A stretch of 64,000 bases of DNA from an uncultured Chloroflexia bacterium (GCA_963797095.1 CAWCNY010000004.1:128001-192000), one strand, 5' to 3'; shown: positions 1 to 9,410, counted from the first letter of the stretch. Translations and numbers: made by a program. Notes: a model not told the origin generated them from the sequence alone.

Positions 1-695
1 AGAGGGCACGTACGCCTCGCACCCGCGCATTATTGCTCGGTTACCCTAACAATCCCACAGGAGCCGTCCTGGAGCGTTCCAGGCTGCTTGAGATCGCAGA
101 GTGGGCGACCCAACATAACCTGTTGGTTGTCTCCGACGAGATCTACGACCGGCTGGTCTACGGCATCGACCATACGTGCGTGGCATCACTGCCCGGCATG
201 TGGGACAGGACGATCCTCCTGGGAGGTTTTTCCAAGTCGCACGCCATGACGGGCTGGCGCATTGGATACGCTGCCGCGCCACCGGCCCTCCTGGCCGCGA
301 TGAGAAAGGTCCACCAGTACATTATCATGTCGGCCCCTACGACGGGTCAGGAAGCGGCCATCGAGGCCCTCAAGTCGGGGGAGCCGTACGTGGAGGCGAT
401 GCGCAACGAGTACGACCGCCGCAGGAGGCTGATCGTGGACGGCTTAAATCGCCTGGGGCTGGCATGCTTCGAGCCGCGCGGCGCATTCTACGCTTTCCCT
501 TCTATTGAGAGCACCGGCCTCAGCGATGAGGAGTTTTCGGAGCAACTCTTGATGGAGGAGAAAGTGGCTGTCGTGCCAGGCTCAGCATTCGGCAAGTCCG
601 GCGCGGGCCATGTGCGGGCCTCTTACGCTACCGCATACGAGAGGATCGAGGAAGCCCTGAACCGTATTGAGCGCTTCCTGGGCAAACTGAAGTAG
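1..695 (+). CDS. PLP-dependent aminotransferase class I/II (5'-truncated by window edge)
   Basis: YPNNPTG, SDEIY and GFSKSHAMTGWRIG (PLP lysine) motifs; frame is open to the window start. Confidence 0.93.
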   Translation, partial: RARTPRTRALLLGYPNNPTGAVLERSRLLEIAEWATQHNLLVVSDEIYDRLVYGIDHTCVASLPGMWDRTILLGGFSKSHAMTGWRIGYAAAPPALLAAMRKVHQYIIMSAPTTGQEAAIEALKSGEPYVEAMRNEYDRRRRLIVDGLNRLGLACFEPRGAFYAFPSIESTGLSDEEFSEQLLMEEKVAVVPGSAFGKSGAGHVRASYATAYERIEEALNRIERFLGKLK

Positions 696-702
696 CTTTC
701 GG

Positions 703-1791
703 CTACGGCATGCCCAGCACAAGCAATTCGAGGGCTAACCTGGGATTCACATTCTCCAAGAGCTGCCGCCGTGTGTCTTGAACCAGGGCAATCGCGTCGA
801 GGGCCGACCTGGTGCTATACTTGCGCGCCAGTGACTTGAGCACGTCCAATTGGTCTACATTGGTGACAAGTTCCGGAGCAGACTGCGTTGCAATCACATC
901 CCTCCACCAGGTTTCCCAGTGTTGCAGCAACTCATAGACCTCCGACCGTGCATCGGTGAAGAGCCTGGCATATTGAGCAGCAGAGTTCACCCTGTCGTTG
1001 ATGTGCGCCGCAGAGAGGACGCTCAATTCCTGTAAAGCCCTCCGACGCCTCTCCAATGCGTCGCCATCGGAAAGTAACGATACAGCATAACCAAGTCGCC
1101 CGCCCGATAGCGCCGCGCCCAATTGAGCGCGCTCGTGATCAACCTCCCAATAGCTTTTAAGCGCGCCAGCCACCTGGGCACGCGACATCTCTCTGAGCGG
1201 CACCACGAAGCAACGCGAGGCAATGGTTGGCAGTACCGAGACCTCGTCGGGTGCCAGGACGACGATGACCGTGTGTGCAGGCGGTTCCTCGAGCGTCTTT
1301 AGGAGGCAGTTGGAAGCCTCCTCATTCATCCGCTCTGCATCGCCAATCATGTAGACTTTCCAACGCCCCAGGTAAGGGGTGAGGCCCACTGTGGACTGCA
1401 TCTCTCTAATTGACTCTATGCGCAGTTCCTTCGCCGGAGCGCCCTTCGCCTTGCCGCCTGTCTCTCCCATGGCCTGCGCCTGGGTTTGAAGATTAGTCTC
1501 TATGAGGTCCGGATGCGCCCAGCGTAAAAGGCGACTGCACGACGGACAGATCCCGCACGGCCGGTCAGGATACTCCTGTCCTTGCGCCGGCTCCGCCTGG
1601 CAGTTGAGCGTCATAGCAAATGCCAACGCCAGCGTGCGCTTGCCGATACCCTCAGGGCCGGTGAATAAGTAAGCGTGCGAAATCCTGTTCATCCTCAACC
1701 CGGCGCGGAGGGTCCCCACAGCGCGTTCTTGACCCAGGACGGGCCAACCGGAGGATTGTGGCTCGAATACCAGTCGTGAAATGCTGTCCAC
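703..1791 (-). CDS. holB: DNA polymerase III subunit delta'
   Basis: HAYLFTGPEGIGK, zinc module C..CGICPSC, HPD, ASNCLLKTLEEPP, LPTIASRC. Confidence 0.9.
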   Translation of the reverse strand: MDSISRLVFEPQSSGWPVLGQERAVGTLRAGLRMNRISHAYLFTGPEGIGKRTLALAFAMTLNCQAEPAQGQEYPDRPCGICPSCSRLLRWAHPDLIETNLQTQAQAMGETGGKAKGAPAKELRIESIREMQSTVGLTPYLGRWKVYMIGDAERMNEEASNCLLKTLEEPPAHTVIVVLAPDEVSVLPTIASRCFVVPLREMSRAQVAGALKSYWEVDHERAQLGAALSGGRLGYAVSLLSDGDALERRRRALQELSVLSAAHINDRVNSAAQYARLFTDARSEVYELLQHWETWWRDVIATQSAPELVTNVDQLDVLKSLARKYSTRSALDAIALVQDTRRQLLENVNPRLALELLVLGMP

Positions 1792-1814
1792 TATCGCACC
1801 CTTCCCGCCGGCAT

Positions 1815-2627
1815 CTAGGCCTTGCGCCCCGCCGAGGTCGGCCTGGTCCTCTCCGGTTTCGCGGAGGCGGGTATCGATACAGGGGCAAGGATATTGTTGA
1901 GCTTGCGGCGGTCGTCACTCGTCAGGATTGAGCGCACGTCCACCGAGCCGTCGCGCTCCTCCTCCATGCTCAGTTCCAGGTCACGCAGCGCCAGCCGAAG
2001 CTCGTTCACCGGTGCGGCTCCATATGTGCACCCGTTCACTTCCACATCGGGGTTGCGTGTAAAAAGCACAAGGCCCTTGACCGCCACTTCAGGTTTCCCG
2101 ACGCTATCCACCAGGGTGCGGGCCGCTGCCACCATCGGGTCAAGCTCCAGACTGGGATTGCCCACGGCCGGCTTGGAACCGGTTATCCTGTCAATAATGT
2201 TGGATTGCGCCTTCCACCTGTCGCCCTTCTCGCTGCCGGTGCAAGTCACCGGGCCAAGCGCGTCACTGGTGGTCATGACAAGAACCCCCGCAGGCATTAT
2301 GAAAAGGTGGCGCACCCACACATCGCCTACGCGCGGGTAGTGGTGTAAGCTATACTTGTTGCTGAGGCCCTTTACTTCAGCGTTTATCAGGGCATCGGCC
2401 TGCGGACCGCTACCGAGCCGGCGCTCCGCAGAGCGCGCCGACATCCAGATCGGCACGCCTACCAGCAAGAACGGATAGGCCAGGAAAATCAAGTACTGGG
2501 TTTCAGGGCTGAACGATGCAAATGACAACACAAACGAAACAAAGAAAAGCCCGATGCCGATGAATTGCCGCCGCCTGATCTTGCGGCGCTCTTCCTTCAT
2601 ATAGTCTTCGTGGATAAATATGTTCAT
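1815..2627 (-). CDS. Two-TM membrane protein with NERD-like C-terminal domain
   Basis: ATG at 2627 after GAGGAG SD; two hydrophobic helices, then YSLHHY..VRHLFIMPAGVLVM resembling a degenerate NERD fold. Confidence 0.6.
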   Translation of the reverse strand: MNIFIHEDYMKEERRKIRRRQFIGIGLFFVSFVLSFASFSPETQYLIFLAYPFLLVGVPIWMSARSAERRLGSGPQADALINAEVKGLSNKYSLHHYPRVGDVWVRHLFIMPAGVLVMTTSDALGPVTCTGSEKGDRWKAQSNIIDRITGSKPAVGNPSLELDPMVAAARTLVDSVGKPEVAVKGLVLFTRNPDVEVNGCTYGAAPVNELRLALRDLELSMEEERDGSVDVRSILTSDDRRKLNNILAPVSIPASAKPERTRPTSAGRKA

Positions 2628-2691
2628 TGGCTCCTCGCCGTCCCCCGGTCTTGCTTGCCCGCATGGCGAGGGCCGTGTTAAGATAGACGTC

Positions 2692-3699
2692 GTGATCGAG
2701 TTTATCACATGGAACGCGCCCGTTCAAGACGCGCAGCGCTCAGGCGAACTACAACCCGACCTGAGCATTGTTATCGTTAGCTGGAATGTGCGCGAGCATT
2801 TGCTGAACTGCCTGCATTCCATATTCTCTCTGTCCGTCCGCGAAGACCTCTCGGTTGAGGTCATTGTCGTTGACAACGCTTCCACCGACGGCTCCCGTGA
2901 CGCTGTATGCGCATTCCCGGCGACAGTCATTGCAAATAAGGAGAATCAGGGGTACGGGCGAGCCAACAACGCAGGTTTGCGCGCCGCACATGGCCGCTAT
3001 TTGATGGTGCTGAACCCAGACACCATCCTCCAGCCCGGCTCCCTCAAGGCACTGCTCGTATTCGCGGACTCGCGACCGCAGGCCGCTATCGTCGCGCCAC
3101 GCCTGCTGAGCCCGGATGGCGCGGTGCAAACCGCCGCCTTCCGCTTTCCCACGCTGCCAATGGCTCTGATCGATCTCTTTCCCCCTCCGCGCTTCCTGCC
3201 AGGGCGGTTGCGCCTGCGCATCCTCAACTCCTGGTTCAATGGCCGCTATCGCGACGAACCTGATCGGATCTACCCATTCAAGATCGAACACCCATTAGGC
3301 GCTGCTTTCCTCCTTCGAAGAGACGCATACGAGCAGTGCGGCGGCTTCGACGAGTTGATCTTCATGTATTCGGAAGAGATAGACCTCGCGTTCAGGTATG
3401 CCGATTGCGGGTGGGAGTGCTGGCAGGTTCCCGGCTCGAAGATCGTCCACCTGGGCGGCCAGAGTACCAGGCAACTTCCCGACGCCATGTTTGTCGAGCT
3501 TTGGCGCTCTCGCCTTCGCATGTTCGACCGCTATCGCCCCCCACTCTCAAGGTTTCTCCTGCGATCCCTGGTGGCAGTTGCCATGCTGAGAGACTTAGGT
3601 GTTGCCAGGCTAAATATGATGAGTTCCCGGAATCGCCCCGAGGTCGGCGATCTCCGGCGAAGGGCCAAAGCGGTCCTCAGGTTAGTCACAAAGCGATGA
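2692..3699 (+). CDS. Glycosyltransferase family 2 (WbbL/rhamnosyltransferase-like)
   Basis: SIVIVSWN, VVDNASTDGS, NQGYGRANN, LNPD, GFDE..FMYSEEID; start uncertain (GTG 2692 just after TG-TAAGAT, possibly leaderless). Confidence 0.85.
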   Translation: MIEFITWNAPVQDAQRSGELQPDLSIVIVSWNVREHLLNCLHSIFSLSVREDLSVEVIVVDNASTDGSRDAVCAFPATVIANKENQGYGRANNAGLRAAHGRYLMVLNPDTILQPGSLKALLVFADSRPQAAIVAPRLLSPDGAVQTAAFRFPTLPMALIDLFPPPRFLPGRLRLRILNSWFNGRYRDEPDRIYPFKIEHPLGAAFLLRRDAYEQCGGFDELIFMYSEEIDLAFRYADCGWECWQVPGSKIVHLGGQSTRQLPDAMFVELWRSRLRMFDRYRPPLSRFLLRSLVAVAMLRDLGVARLNMMSSRNRPEVGDLRRRAKAVLRLVTKR

Positions 3700-4472
3700 C
3701 CAGGGACCGCTCGCCTTTGACGATAATAGCGCTGGCATGGCGCGAAGCCGACGACCTTGAGCCATGTTTCACGAGCGTTGCACCACTCATCGAACGGATT
3801 TTGGCTCGCACATTGATCGTGCTGGACCTTGAGGCCGACGAGGCCACCGTTGCCGCCGCAAATCGCGCCGCTGAACGCATAGTCACAAATAGATTCGAGA
3901 ATTTCTCGAAGCATCGTAACTTCGCTTTGTCCTGCGCCGATACAGAATGGGTCTTTTTCATCGATGCCGACGAGCGAGCCACGCCGTCGCTCTGCAATGA
4001 GATTATCGAGGTGATCAGCCGCGATGAGTGCGGGATGTGGCGCGTGCCGAGGCGCAATGTCTTTTTCGGCACAGAAGTGCGCCATGCCGGGTGGTGGCCC
4101 GACTATCAACTACGCCTCTTCAAGCGCGCAGGCGTTCACTACGACGAAACGCGCCAGGTGCACGAGATACCGGTAGCAGATCGTAGTATCTGCACGCTGC
4201 TCAACCCACTCATACACTATAACTACCGCTCCTGGGGACAATTCGTCGAAAAACAACGGGCCTACGCGCCGCTCGAAGCCCAGGCGCTTCACGCCGAAGG
4301 GACCAGCGCCAGGCTCAGAAGCCTGGTCGGTCAGCCTCTGCGTGAATTCTGGCGCAGATTCGTCCAGTATGAAGGGTGGAAGGACGGGCTGCTTGGGCTT
4401 GCCCTTTCGCTAGCTATGGCGATCTACAGGTTTCAGGTCTGCCGGAAGCTGCGTGCGCTTGACCGCTCCTGA
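3696..4472 (+). CDS. Glycosyltransferase family 2 (beta-1,4-glucosyltransferase-like)
   Basis: ATGA overlap with previous stop; RNFAL, WVFFIDADE, WWPDYQLRLFKR, VHE. Confidence 0.88.
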   Translation: MTRDRSPLTIIALAWREADDLEPCFTSVAPLIERILARTLIVLDLEADEATVAAANRAAERIVTNRFENFSKHRNFALSCADTEWVFFIDADERATPSLCNEIIEVISRDECGMWRVPRRNVFFGTEVRHAGWWPDYQLRLFKRAGVHYDETRQVHEIPVADRSICTLLNPLIHYNYRSWGQFVEKQRAYAPLEAQALHAEGTSARLRSLVGQPLREFWRRFVQYEGWKDGLLGLALSLAMAIYRFQVCRKLRALDRS

Positions 4473-4480
4473 GCATGACA

Positions 4481-4500
4481 TTTTCCACAGGTTTTCCACA
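4481..4500 (+). promoter_or_regulatory. Two tandem DnaA boxes
   Basis: TTTTCCACA at 4481-4489 and 4492-4500 (11-bp period), both matching TTWTNCACA. Confidence 0.6.
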
Positions 4501-4514
4501 CGGGCTCTTACTTG

Positions 4515-4543
4515 TTGACAACGTGGTATTCCAGGCGTATATT
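4515..4543 (+). promoter_or_regulatory. sigma70-type promoter
   Basis: TTGACA-N17-TATATT. Confidence 0.8.
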
Positions 4544-4548
4544 TGCCT

Positions 4549-4970
4549 CTGTCGAGTGCTCCAGCGTCGAGCCATGTTTGGGGGAGACCCCACCGTAGGG
4601 GCAGCGAAACCGATCTGGTGGTTAGCGAGTGGCACACTAGCACGGGAAGGTCCTGGCACCGCAACTCAACTTGGCTGAAAGTATCGTCGAACAGTTCGCA
4701 GGTACGTTGTCCTCGAGCGGCGAACAGGCGTCCGGTTCAGCGTTATTTTCAGGCGAGAAGTGGTGCGATACCATTCGCCCTACCGCGCTCGGGAAACCGC
4801 ACAACCATTTTTCGATAGCAGGTCAGGATTACCGGAAGGTCATCTGTCCATCGAAAACGGCAGATACAGAAGCAGAACCAGCATCAACCAAGATACGCTT
4901 CCTTAAGATTGCCGCAGACGACCGGAACCAGAACGCTGCTCCATCGCATTGCTTGATCCGGTAGCATAAG
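4549..4970 (+). ncRNA. Candidate large structured ncRNA (unassigned)
   Basis: Lies between promoter and terminator, no credible ORF, many stems with G-U pairs that work on + strand, GAAA and GGAA tetraloops. Confidence 0.5.
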
Positions 4971-4971
4971 G

Positions 4972-5013
4972 CAAAAAAAGAGGGCCCGCTTTGCAGGCCC
5001 TCTACTTCCGTTT
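4972..5013. terminator. Intrinsic terminator (clear for minus-strand ccsA, possibly bidirectional)
   Basis: A7 tract then AGAGGGCC (4979-4986) / GGCCCTCT (4996-5003). Confidence 0.75.
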
Positions 5014-5023
5014 TGGTGACAGG

Positions 5024-6142
5024 CTAGTCTTCCTTGCTTGTTTGCTCCCCCCTCGGAAATCTGATTCTCAGCCAGCTAAAGAGCGCAAGCCCAAGCACCG
5101 CCGCGAAGAAACCCACAACCAGGAGCGAAGCGATACTCAAGCTCTGCGGAGCGCCGTTGTCCACCGAATAGGTGTGCATCGAGTCGATCCCGAACCACGC
5201 AGTCAGGTAGTTTACTCCCAGGAATGTAATCAGCACCACGATGAAACCTATCAGCGACAACCAGGCCATCGATAGACCGCGCACGCCGCGCTGAACCCGC
5301 ACGTGCAAATAGGCCGCGTATGTGAGCCACGTCACCAGTGCCCAGGTCTCTTTGGGGTCCCAGCTCCAGGCCTTTGTCCAGGCCTCCTGCGCCCAGATCG
5401 CGCCCGTAACCAGCACCAGCGTCATGAATGGAAAGCCCACGGCCACCGCCCTGAACATGAACTCTTCAATGGCCGCTGTCGAGGGAAGCGAATCGGCCAT
5501 GCGGCCCTTGAAGTAGGTCTTCGCGAGGAACGTGAGGCCGGCGCCGGCCGCGGTCGCGAACGAGCTATACGAGATGATAGCCATTGACACATGAATCATG
5601 AGCCAGTAGGACCGGAGCGCCGGAACCAGGGGCACAGACTCCTTCAAGCTGGCATCGATGAACCACAGCGCATAGCTTTGGAGGCAAAAGATCAGCAGTA
5701 CGATGAACGCACCCGCAGCCCTCACCCTCAGCACACCCTCGAAAAGAATCAGGTAAATAGTGGTCGTGCCCCACACCAGCATGGTTGTGATCTCATAGAG
5801 TGTCACATAGGGCGCATGTCCCGCCGCGATCCAGCGCAAGATCAGCGCCGTCGTCAGTGAAACCCATGCGAAGGCCACCAAACCGAAGCCTATCCAGCCG
5901 AGCGCGGGCGCATATTGCTTCCTCCCAAGCGACTTGTCACCCGAGCTTATGATGACATCGACTGTGCCTCCTCCCACACCGGCACCCGCCAGCGCCATGC
6001 CGCCCGCAGGCACGCGCACTGCCCGCGCCTCCCTCGTCAACAGGTGAACTGCGTAGAAAAGGAAGGCCAGCAAGTAGCAAACATAGGCCAAAGAAGTTAG
6101 GGTTGCCTCGTTAAATCCCAGCGTCTGATCTTCAAATCCCAT
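5024..6142 (-). CDS. ccsA: Cytochrome c biogenesis protein CcsA/ResC (system II)
   Basis: WWD motif TGAIWAQEAWTKAWSWDPKETWALVTWLTYAAYLH, LRSYWLMIHV, MHTY. Confidence 0.95.
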   Translation of the reverse strand: MGFEDQTLGFNEATLTSLAYVCYLLAFLFYAVHLLTREARAVRVPAGGMALAGAGVGGGTVDVIISSGDKSLGRKQYAPALGWIGFGLVAFAWVSLTTALILRWIAAGHAPYVTLYEITTMLVWGTTTIYLILFEGVLRVRAAGAFIVLLIFCLQSYALWFIDASLKESVPLVPALRSYWLMIHVSMAIISYSSFATAAGAGLTFLAKTYFKGRMADSLPSTAAIEEFMFRAVAVGFPFMTLVLVTGAIWAQEAWTKAWSWDPKETWALVTWLTYAAYLHVRVQRGVRGLSMAWLSLIGFIVVLITFLGVNYLTAWFGIDSMHTYSVDNGAPQSLSIASLLVVGFFAAVLGLALFSWLRIRFPRGEQTSKED

Positions 6143-6174
6143 AATCTACCTCCTGAGCCTGGTCTTAATCAATA

Positions 6175-7731
6175 TCAAGTCTCACGCGCCAGCGCTTCCT
6201 TGATCCTCAAAGCTAGCTTCTCGAAATCTCGCTCGAACGCCACTTTGTTCTTCTCTGCAAGCCCGCCAACAGCTATATTGATGGTGCCCGCCCCGTTTGG
6301 GTCCGGAGATATCTTGGCCCAACACCTGGTAAACGTAGTATAGAGTGATATTGTAAAGCCCAGCGCCATGATTGCAAAGAAGAGGCCCACGTAGCCCAAA
6401 CCTGGGTCCTGAGCCACTTCTAAGATTGTTGCGGTACCCTGCCGGAAGTCGAATCTGTACTGCTCAAAGCCGGGCAGCATCAGCGGCCCCGTGCGCGGGA
6501 GGAAGGCGTCATAGATCGGCGTGCCAAACTCCTGATCGACATAGGCTTTGGCATAAGCAGGGGGATTCTCGCCCGGCCCTCGGGCCACATTGTCGTAATA
6601 TGTAAGCTCTAGAGTTAGGGTGTGGTCGGGCCCGCGAAACTGCACGTAGTCAAGCGGCAGGTTGTCGCTGCTTGTGAACTCGAAATCAAGCATCGATTCT
6701 CCGCTTGCCGTGGTGTCTGTTACGGGCCCGCTCGCCCCCATTTTGTTTAGGGGAAGAGGCGCTCCGGTCGCGTCTTCCCCTCGCACGTAAAGAACAGGCA
6801 TATAGCTGACCAGGAAGAAGTTGATGCCTTTGTACTTCAGCGGGTCGTTGACAATTATGGTCTTGGTGAGGACCTGGGTTCCACCTTCAAATACCGCTAG
6901 AGTGTTCTTGTACTCCTGGATCGATTGGGTGCCCGGATAGTAATCGATCTGCCAGCCTATGTTTGCCACGCTGAAATCAGTGTCGTGTCCTACGTTGACC
7001 GGTACGCCGGGGTTGAATAGCAGCGACGGCTCGCGCCAACCGAAATGAGTTATGAAGGCCGCCGTGAGGATCAGCATGACGAGCGCGGCGTGGCTTACAA
7101 ATGTCACCAGCTTGGACCAGCGGTCCCGGTCGCCATATAGAAAGAGGGTCGAGCCGTCCGCCGATTGCTCGGTTATAACGCGATACCTGCCCTTACGAAG
7201 GGCACTCTTCAGCGCCTGCTCGGCACGCTCCTGCGGCACGGGTACGGAACGGAACTGGGCACGCTCGGTGAGTCCGGCGAGGAAACCATCGCTAGCTTTC
7301 ACCATCGGCTTGCCGATCAGCCTCATGGTCGGCTGCCACCTGTTAAGCGTGCAAATGACGATCCCGAACACCACCAGCACCACCAGCATCCGGAAAGGGA
7401 GCGAATTGTAAATGTCGAAGAAGCCTGCCCAGTGCATGATCCCGGTCAGGTCTCCGTACCGCCCCCTGGCCTCATCCAGAAACTGGTTGAGCGCCTCCGT
7501 GGAATCCTGCGTGCCCGGTTGAACCTGCGGGATTATCGTGCCAAGCATTGCAACAAATGCGAGGGCCACATTCAGAACCACCGCGAACTTGACAGAGCAA
7601 AAGATCACCCACACGGCCTCGATCAGGTCGCGCTGGGGACGCTTTCGCGCATCGTCCGCGACCTGTGGCGCGGCGATGCTTCTAGCCGGTGGGTTGGCTC
7701 CCTTTCGTGCGGGCGCAACTCGTTGTGCCAT
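6175..7731 (-). CDS. resB: Cytochrome c biogenesis protein ResB/Ccs1
   Basis: SVKFAV..GTIIPQ, DIYNS..F, C, FVSH, VNDPL, DPG motifs; upstream of ccsA. Confidence 0.92.
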   Translation of the reverse strand: MAQRVAPARKGANPPARSIAAPQVADDARKRPQRDLIEAVWVIFCSVKFAVVLNVALAFVAMLGTIIPQVQPGTQDSTEALNQFLDEARGRYGDLTGIMHWAGFFDIYNSLPFRMLVVLVVFGIVICTLNRWQPTMRLIGKPMVKASDGFLAGLTERAQFRSVPVPQERAEQALKSALRKGRYRVITEQSADGSTLFLYGDRDRWSKLVTFVSHAALVMLILTAAFITHFGWREPSLLFNPGVPVNVGHDTDFSVANIGWQIDYYPGTQSIQEYKNTLAVFEGGTQVLTKTIIVNDPLKYKGINFFLVSYMPVLYVRGEDATGAPLPLNKMGASGPVTDTTASGESMLDFEFTSSDNLPLDYVQFRGPDHTLTLELTYYDNVARGPGENPPAYAKAYVDQEFGTPIYDAFLPRTGPLMLPGFEQYRFDFRQGTATILEVAQDPGLGYVGLFFAIMALGFTISLYTTFTRCWAKISPDPNGAGTINIAVGGLAEKNKVAFERDFEKLALRIKEALARET

Positions 7732-7763
7732 ACCGGGTCCTTTTGCTACTCACACTGATAGCC

Positions 7764-7779
7764 CGTGACGTCGCTCACA
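7764..7779. promoter_or_regulatory. Putative CRP/FNR-family binding site upstream of resB
   Basis: CGTGA-N6-TCACA, 9/10 match to TGTGA-N6-TCACA. Confidence 0.35.
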
Positions 7780-7893
7780 GGCCGCCCTGCGATCTTACCA
7801 TCAGCATCATTACCGATCAAGACGGCTATCATGAAAATTGCCTTAATTCACCTTACGTCGTAAAACGGGCGTCACTCCCTGCCACAGCAAGAC

Positions 7894-9285
7894 TCACTTG
7901 CGGCGCACTGGCGTCGGTGTCCGGGTGGCCTTCGGCTCGGAGGTCGGCGTGGGCGCATCAAACCCGAGGAATTGATCCAGCATGGGTTGTGCCGCGTCCC
8001 AATCGAGCTTCAAACCCTCGCTTCCGTCGGGCAGGTAGGTACCCGTTACCAACGCCCCATCAATGGATGATGTAATTATGGAGGAGGCCGACAGTTCGAA
8101 CCCCAGTTGTGCAAGCCCTAGTTGCTGATCCCATGTAATATTGGTTTCCACCATGCCGCCCAGTTGCCCAAGAATCGAGGGAGCAGAAGGAAGCATTTCG
8201 AGCGACAGCGCCTTCTGGCGTATCGCCATTATTACCTGCAATTGCCGCTTGCTGCGGGCGAAGTCGTTGTCGGCGTGCCTGGTGCGCGCATATCTTAGCG
8301 CAGTCTTACCGTCCATGTGCTGCCAGCCCTCATCGAAGTGCAGGTGCAGCGTGCCATAGGGATCGCCTTCGTCGTCCGATGGGTAATCGTAGTCGTCCAT
8401 CGTGTAAGGCACATCCACGTCGATCCCGCCTACGGTGTCAACGATCGTGCGGAATCCTTCGAAATTGAGCGTCACATAGTAGTCAATCGGCACGTTGAAA
8501 AACTTGCTCAACGTTCGCAGCGAGAGTGCAGGCCCGCCACCCGGTTCCTTGTAATACTCGCCAAACAGATAGGCAGCGTTGACCTTGTTCGAGCCATACC
8601 CGGGAATGTCAACTACCAGGTCGCGAGGCACCGACATAAGCCGCACCGTCCGTGAGATCACGTCCACGTTTACCAGCACAATTGAGTCGCTTCTAGCATA
8701 ATGATCTGTGTCTTGGGGACGTTTGTCAGTGCCCATGACCAGTATATTGAACCGGCCCGCAGGCAATTCCCTGACATGGTCGGGTGTCGGAGATGGCCTC
8801 GTAGTGGGCGTTGGCTGACCGGGCAATGCGGTCGGTGGTGGCGGAAGCACTTCCACAACCGCCGTAGGAGTCGGGGGAAGGGGTACAAATATCTGGTTTT
8901 GTAATTTGACCACGAGGAAAACCGCATAGGCCCCGACGACGAGAGCGATTAGCGTCAGAAGACCAAGTGTCCAGCGCGCAACCCGCCCCGCAGTCCAGGG
9001 CTTACGCACGCGAGTGCTCGCATCATTTGCGGGTCGCCCTGCTTCAGCCAACCCACCCACTGCCACTGGCAGCGTGGCTTCGCCCCCCGTCATAGCGAGA
9101 GCGCTTCCACCGGCCTGCGCAAGAGACTCGTGTGCAACCTCGCTCACCTGAGAGGGCGCAATTGCTCGCGCACCTTCGGCTGCGGGCACCTTCGTCGTTT
9201 TGCTTTTGCGCCTTGGTTGGCTATTCGCGGTTTGCCCGACATAGCGGACCTTCTGCGCGTTTTTTTGCCTGCGCTTCTGTGGCAT
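7894..9285 (-). CDS. LCP (LytR-CpsA-Psr) family cell-wall phosphotransferase
   Basis: TM helix, NILVMGTD, RSDS, SVPRD, KVNAAY, ALRYARTRH, DFARSKRQ; TATAGT 7 nt before the ATG suggests leaderless mRNA. Confidence 0.92.
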   Translation of the reverse strand: MPQKRRQKNAQKVRYVGQTANSQPRRKSKTTKVPAAEGARAIAPSQVSEVAHESLAQAGGSALAMTGGEATLPVAVGGLAEAGRPANDASTRVRKPWTAGRVARWTLGLLTLIALVVGAYAVFLVVKLQNQIFVPLPPTPTAVVEVLPPPPTALPGQPTPTTRPSPTPDHVRELPAGRFNILVMGTDKRPQDTDHYARSDSIVLVNVDVISRTVRLMSVPRDLVVDIPGYGSNKVNAAYLFGEYYKEPGGGPALSLRTLSKFFNVPIDYYVTLNFEGFRTIVDTVGGIDVDVPYTMDDYDYPSDDEGDPYGTLHLHFDEGWQHMDGKTALRYARTRHADNDFARSKRQLQVIMAIRQKALSLEMLPSAPSILGQLGGMVETNITWDQQLGLAQLGFELSASSIITSSIDGALVTGTYLPDGSEGLKLDWDAAQPMLDQFLGFDAPTPTSEPKATRTPTPVRRK

Positions 9286-9410
9286 GCTGATTACTATACA
9301 GGAAATCGGCCCACACGCTCAAGGTGTGGGATATGGGGGAATGGGACTCGGGTTACACACGGGCGTGGTGCAAGCCCGCGCTTCGCCGTGGCGATGGTGC
9401 TCGGGCAGGG

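Noticed and set aside
4481-4500. Replication origin
   Set aside because: Only two DnaA boxes, no AT-rich unwinding element, no dnaA/dnaN adjacent
4818-4847. SRP RNA domain IV resemblance (TCAGG..CCGGAAGG)
   Set aside because: The conserved AGCA strand of the symmetric loop after the GGAA hairpin is missing and the spacing is wrong
4671-4964. 97-aa ORF inside the candidate ncRNA
   Set aside because: TTG start buried in a stem, no SD, no recognisable motifs; treated as incidental but not formally excluded
4549-4970. RNase P, tmRNA, c-di-AMP or cobalamin riboswitch as identity of the RNA
   Set aside because: No GAGGAAAGTC, no tRNA-like ends, only scattered fragments (TTTGGGG..GTAGGG, GGGAAG, CCGCAACT) in the wrong order, and no downstream gene to regulate
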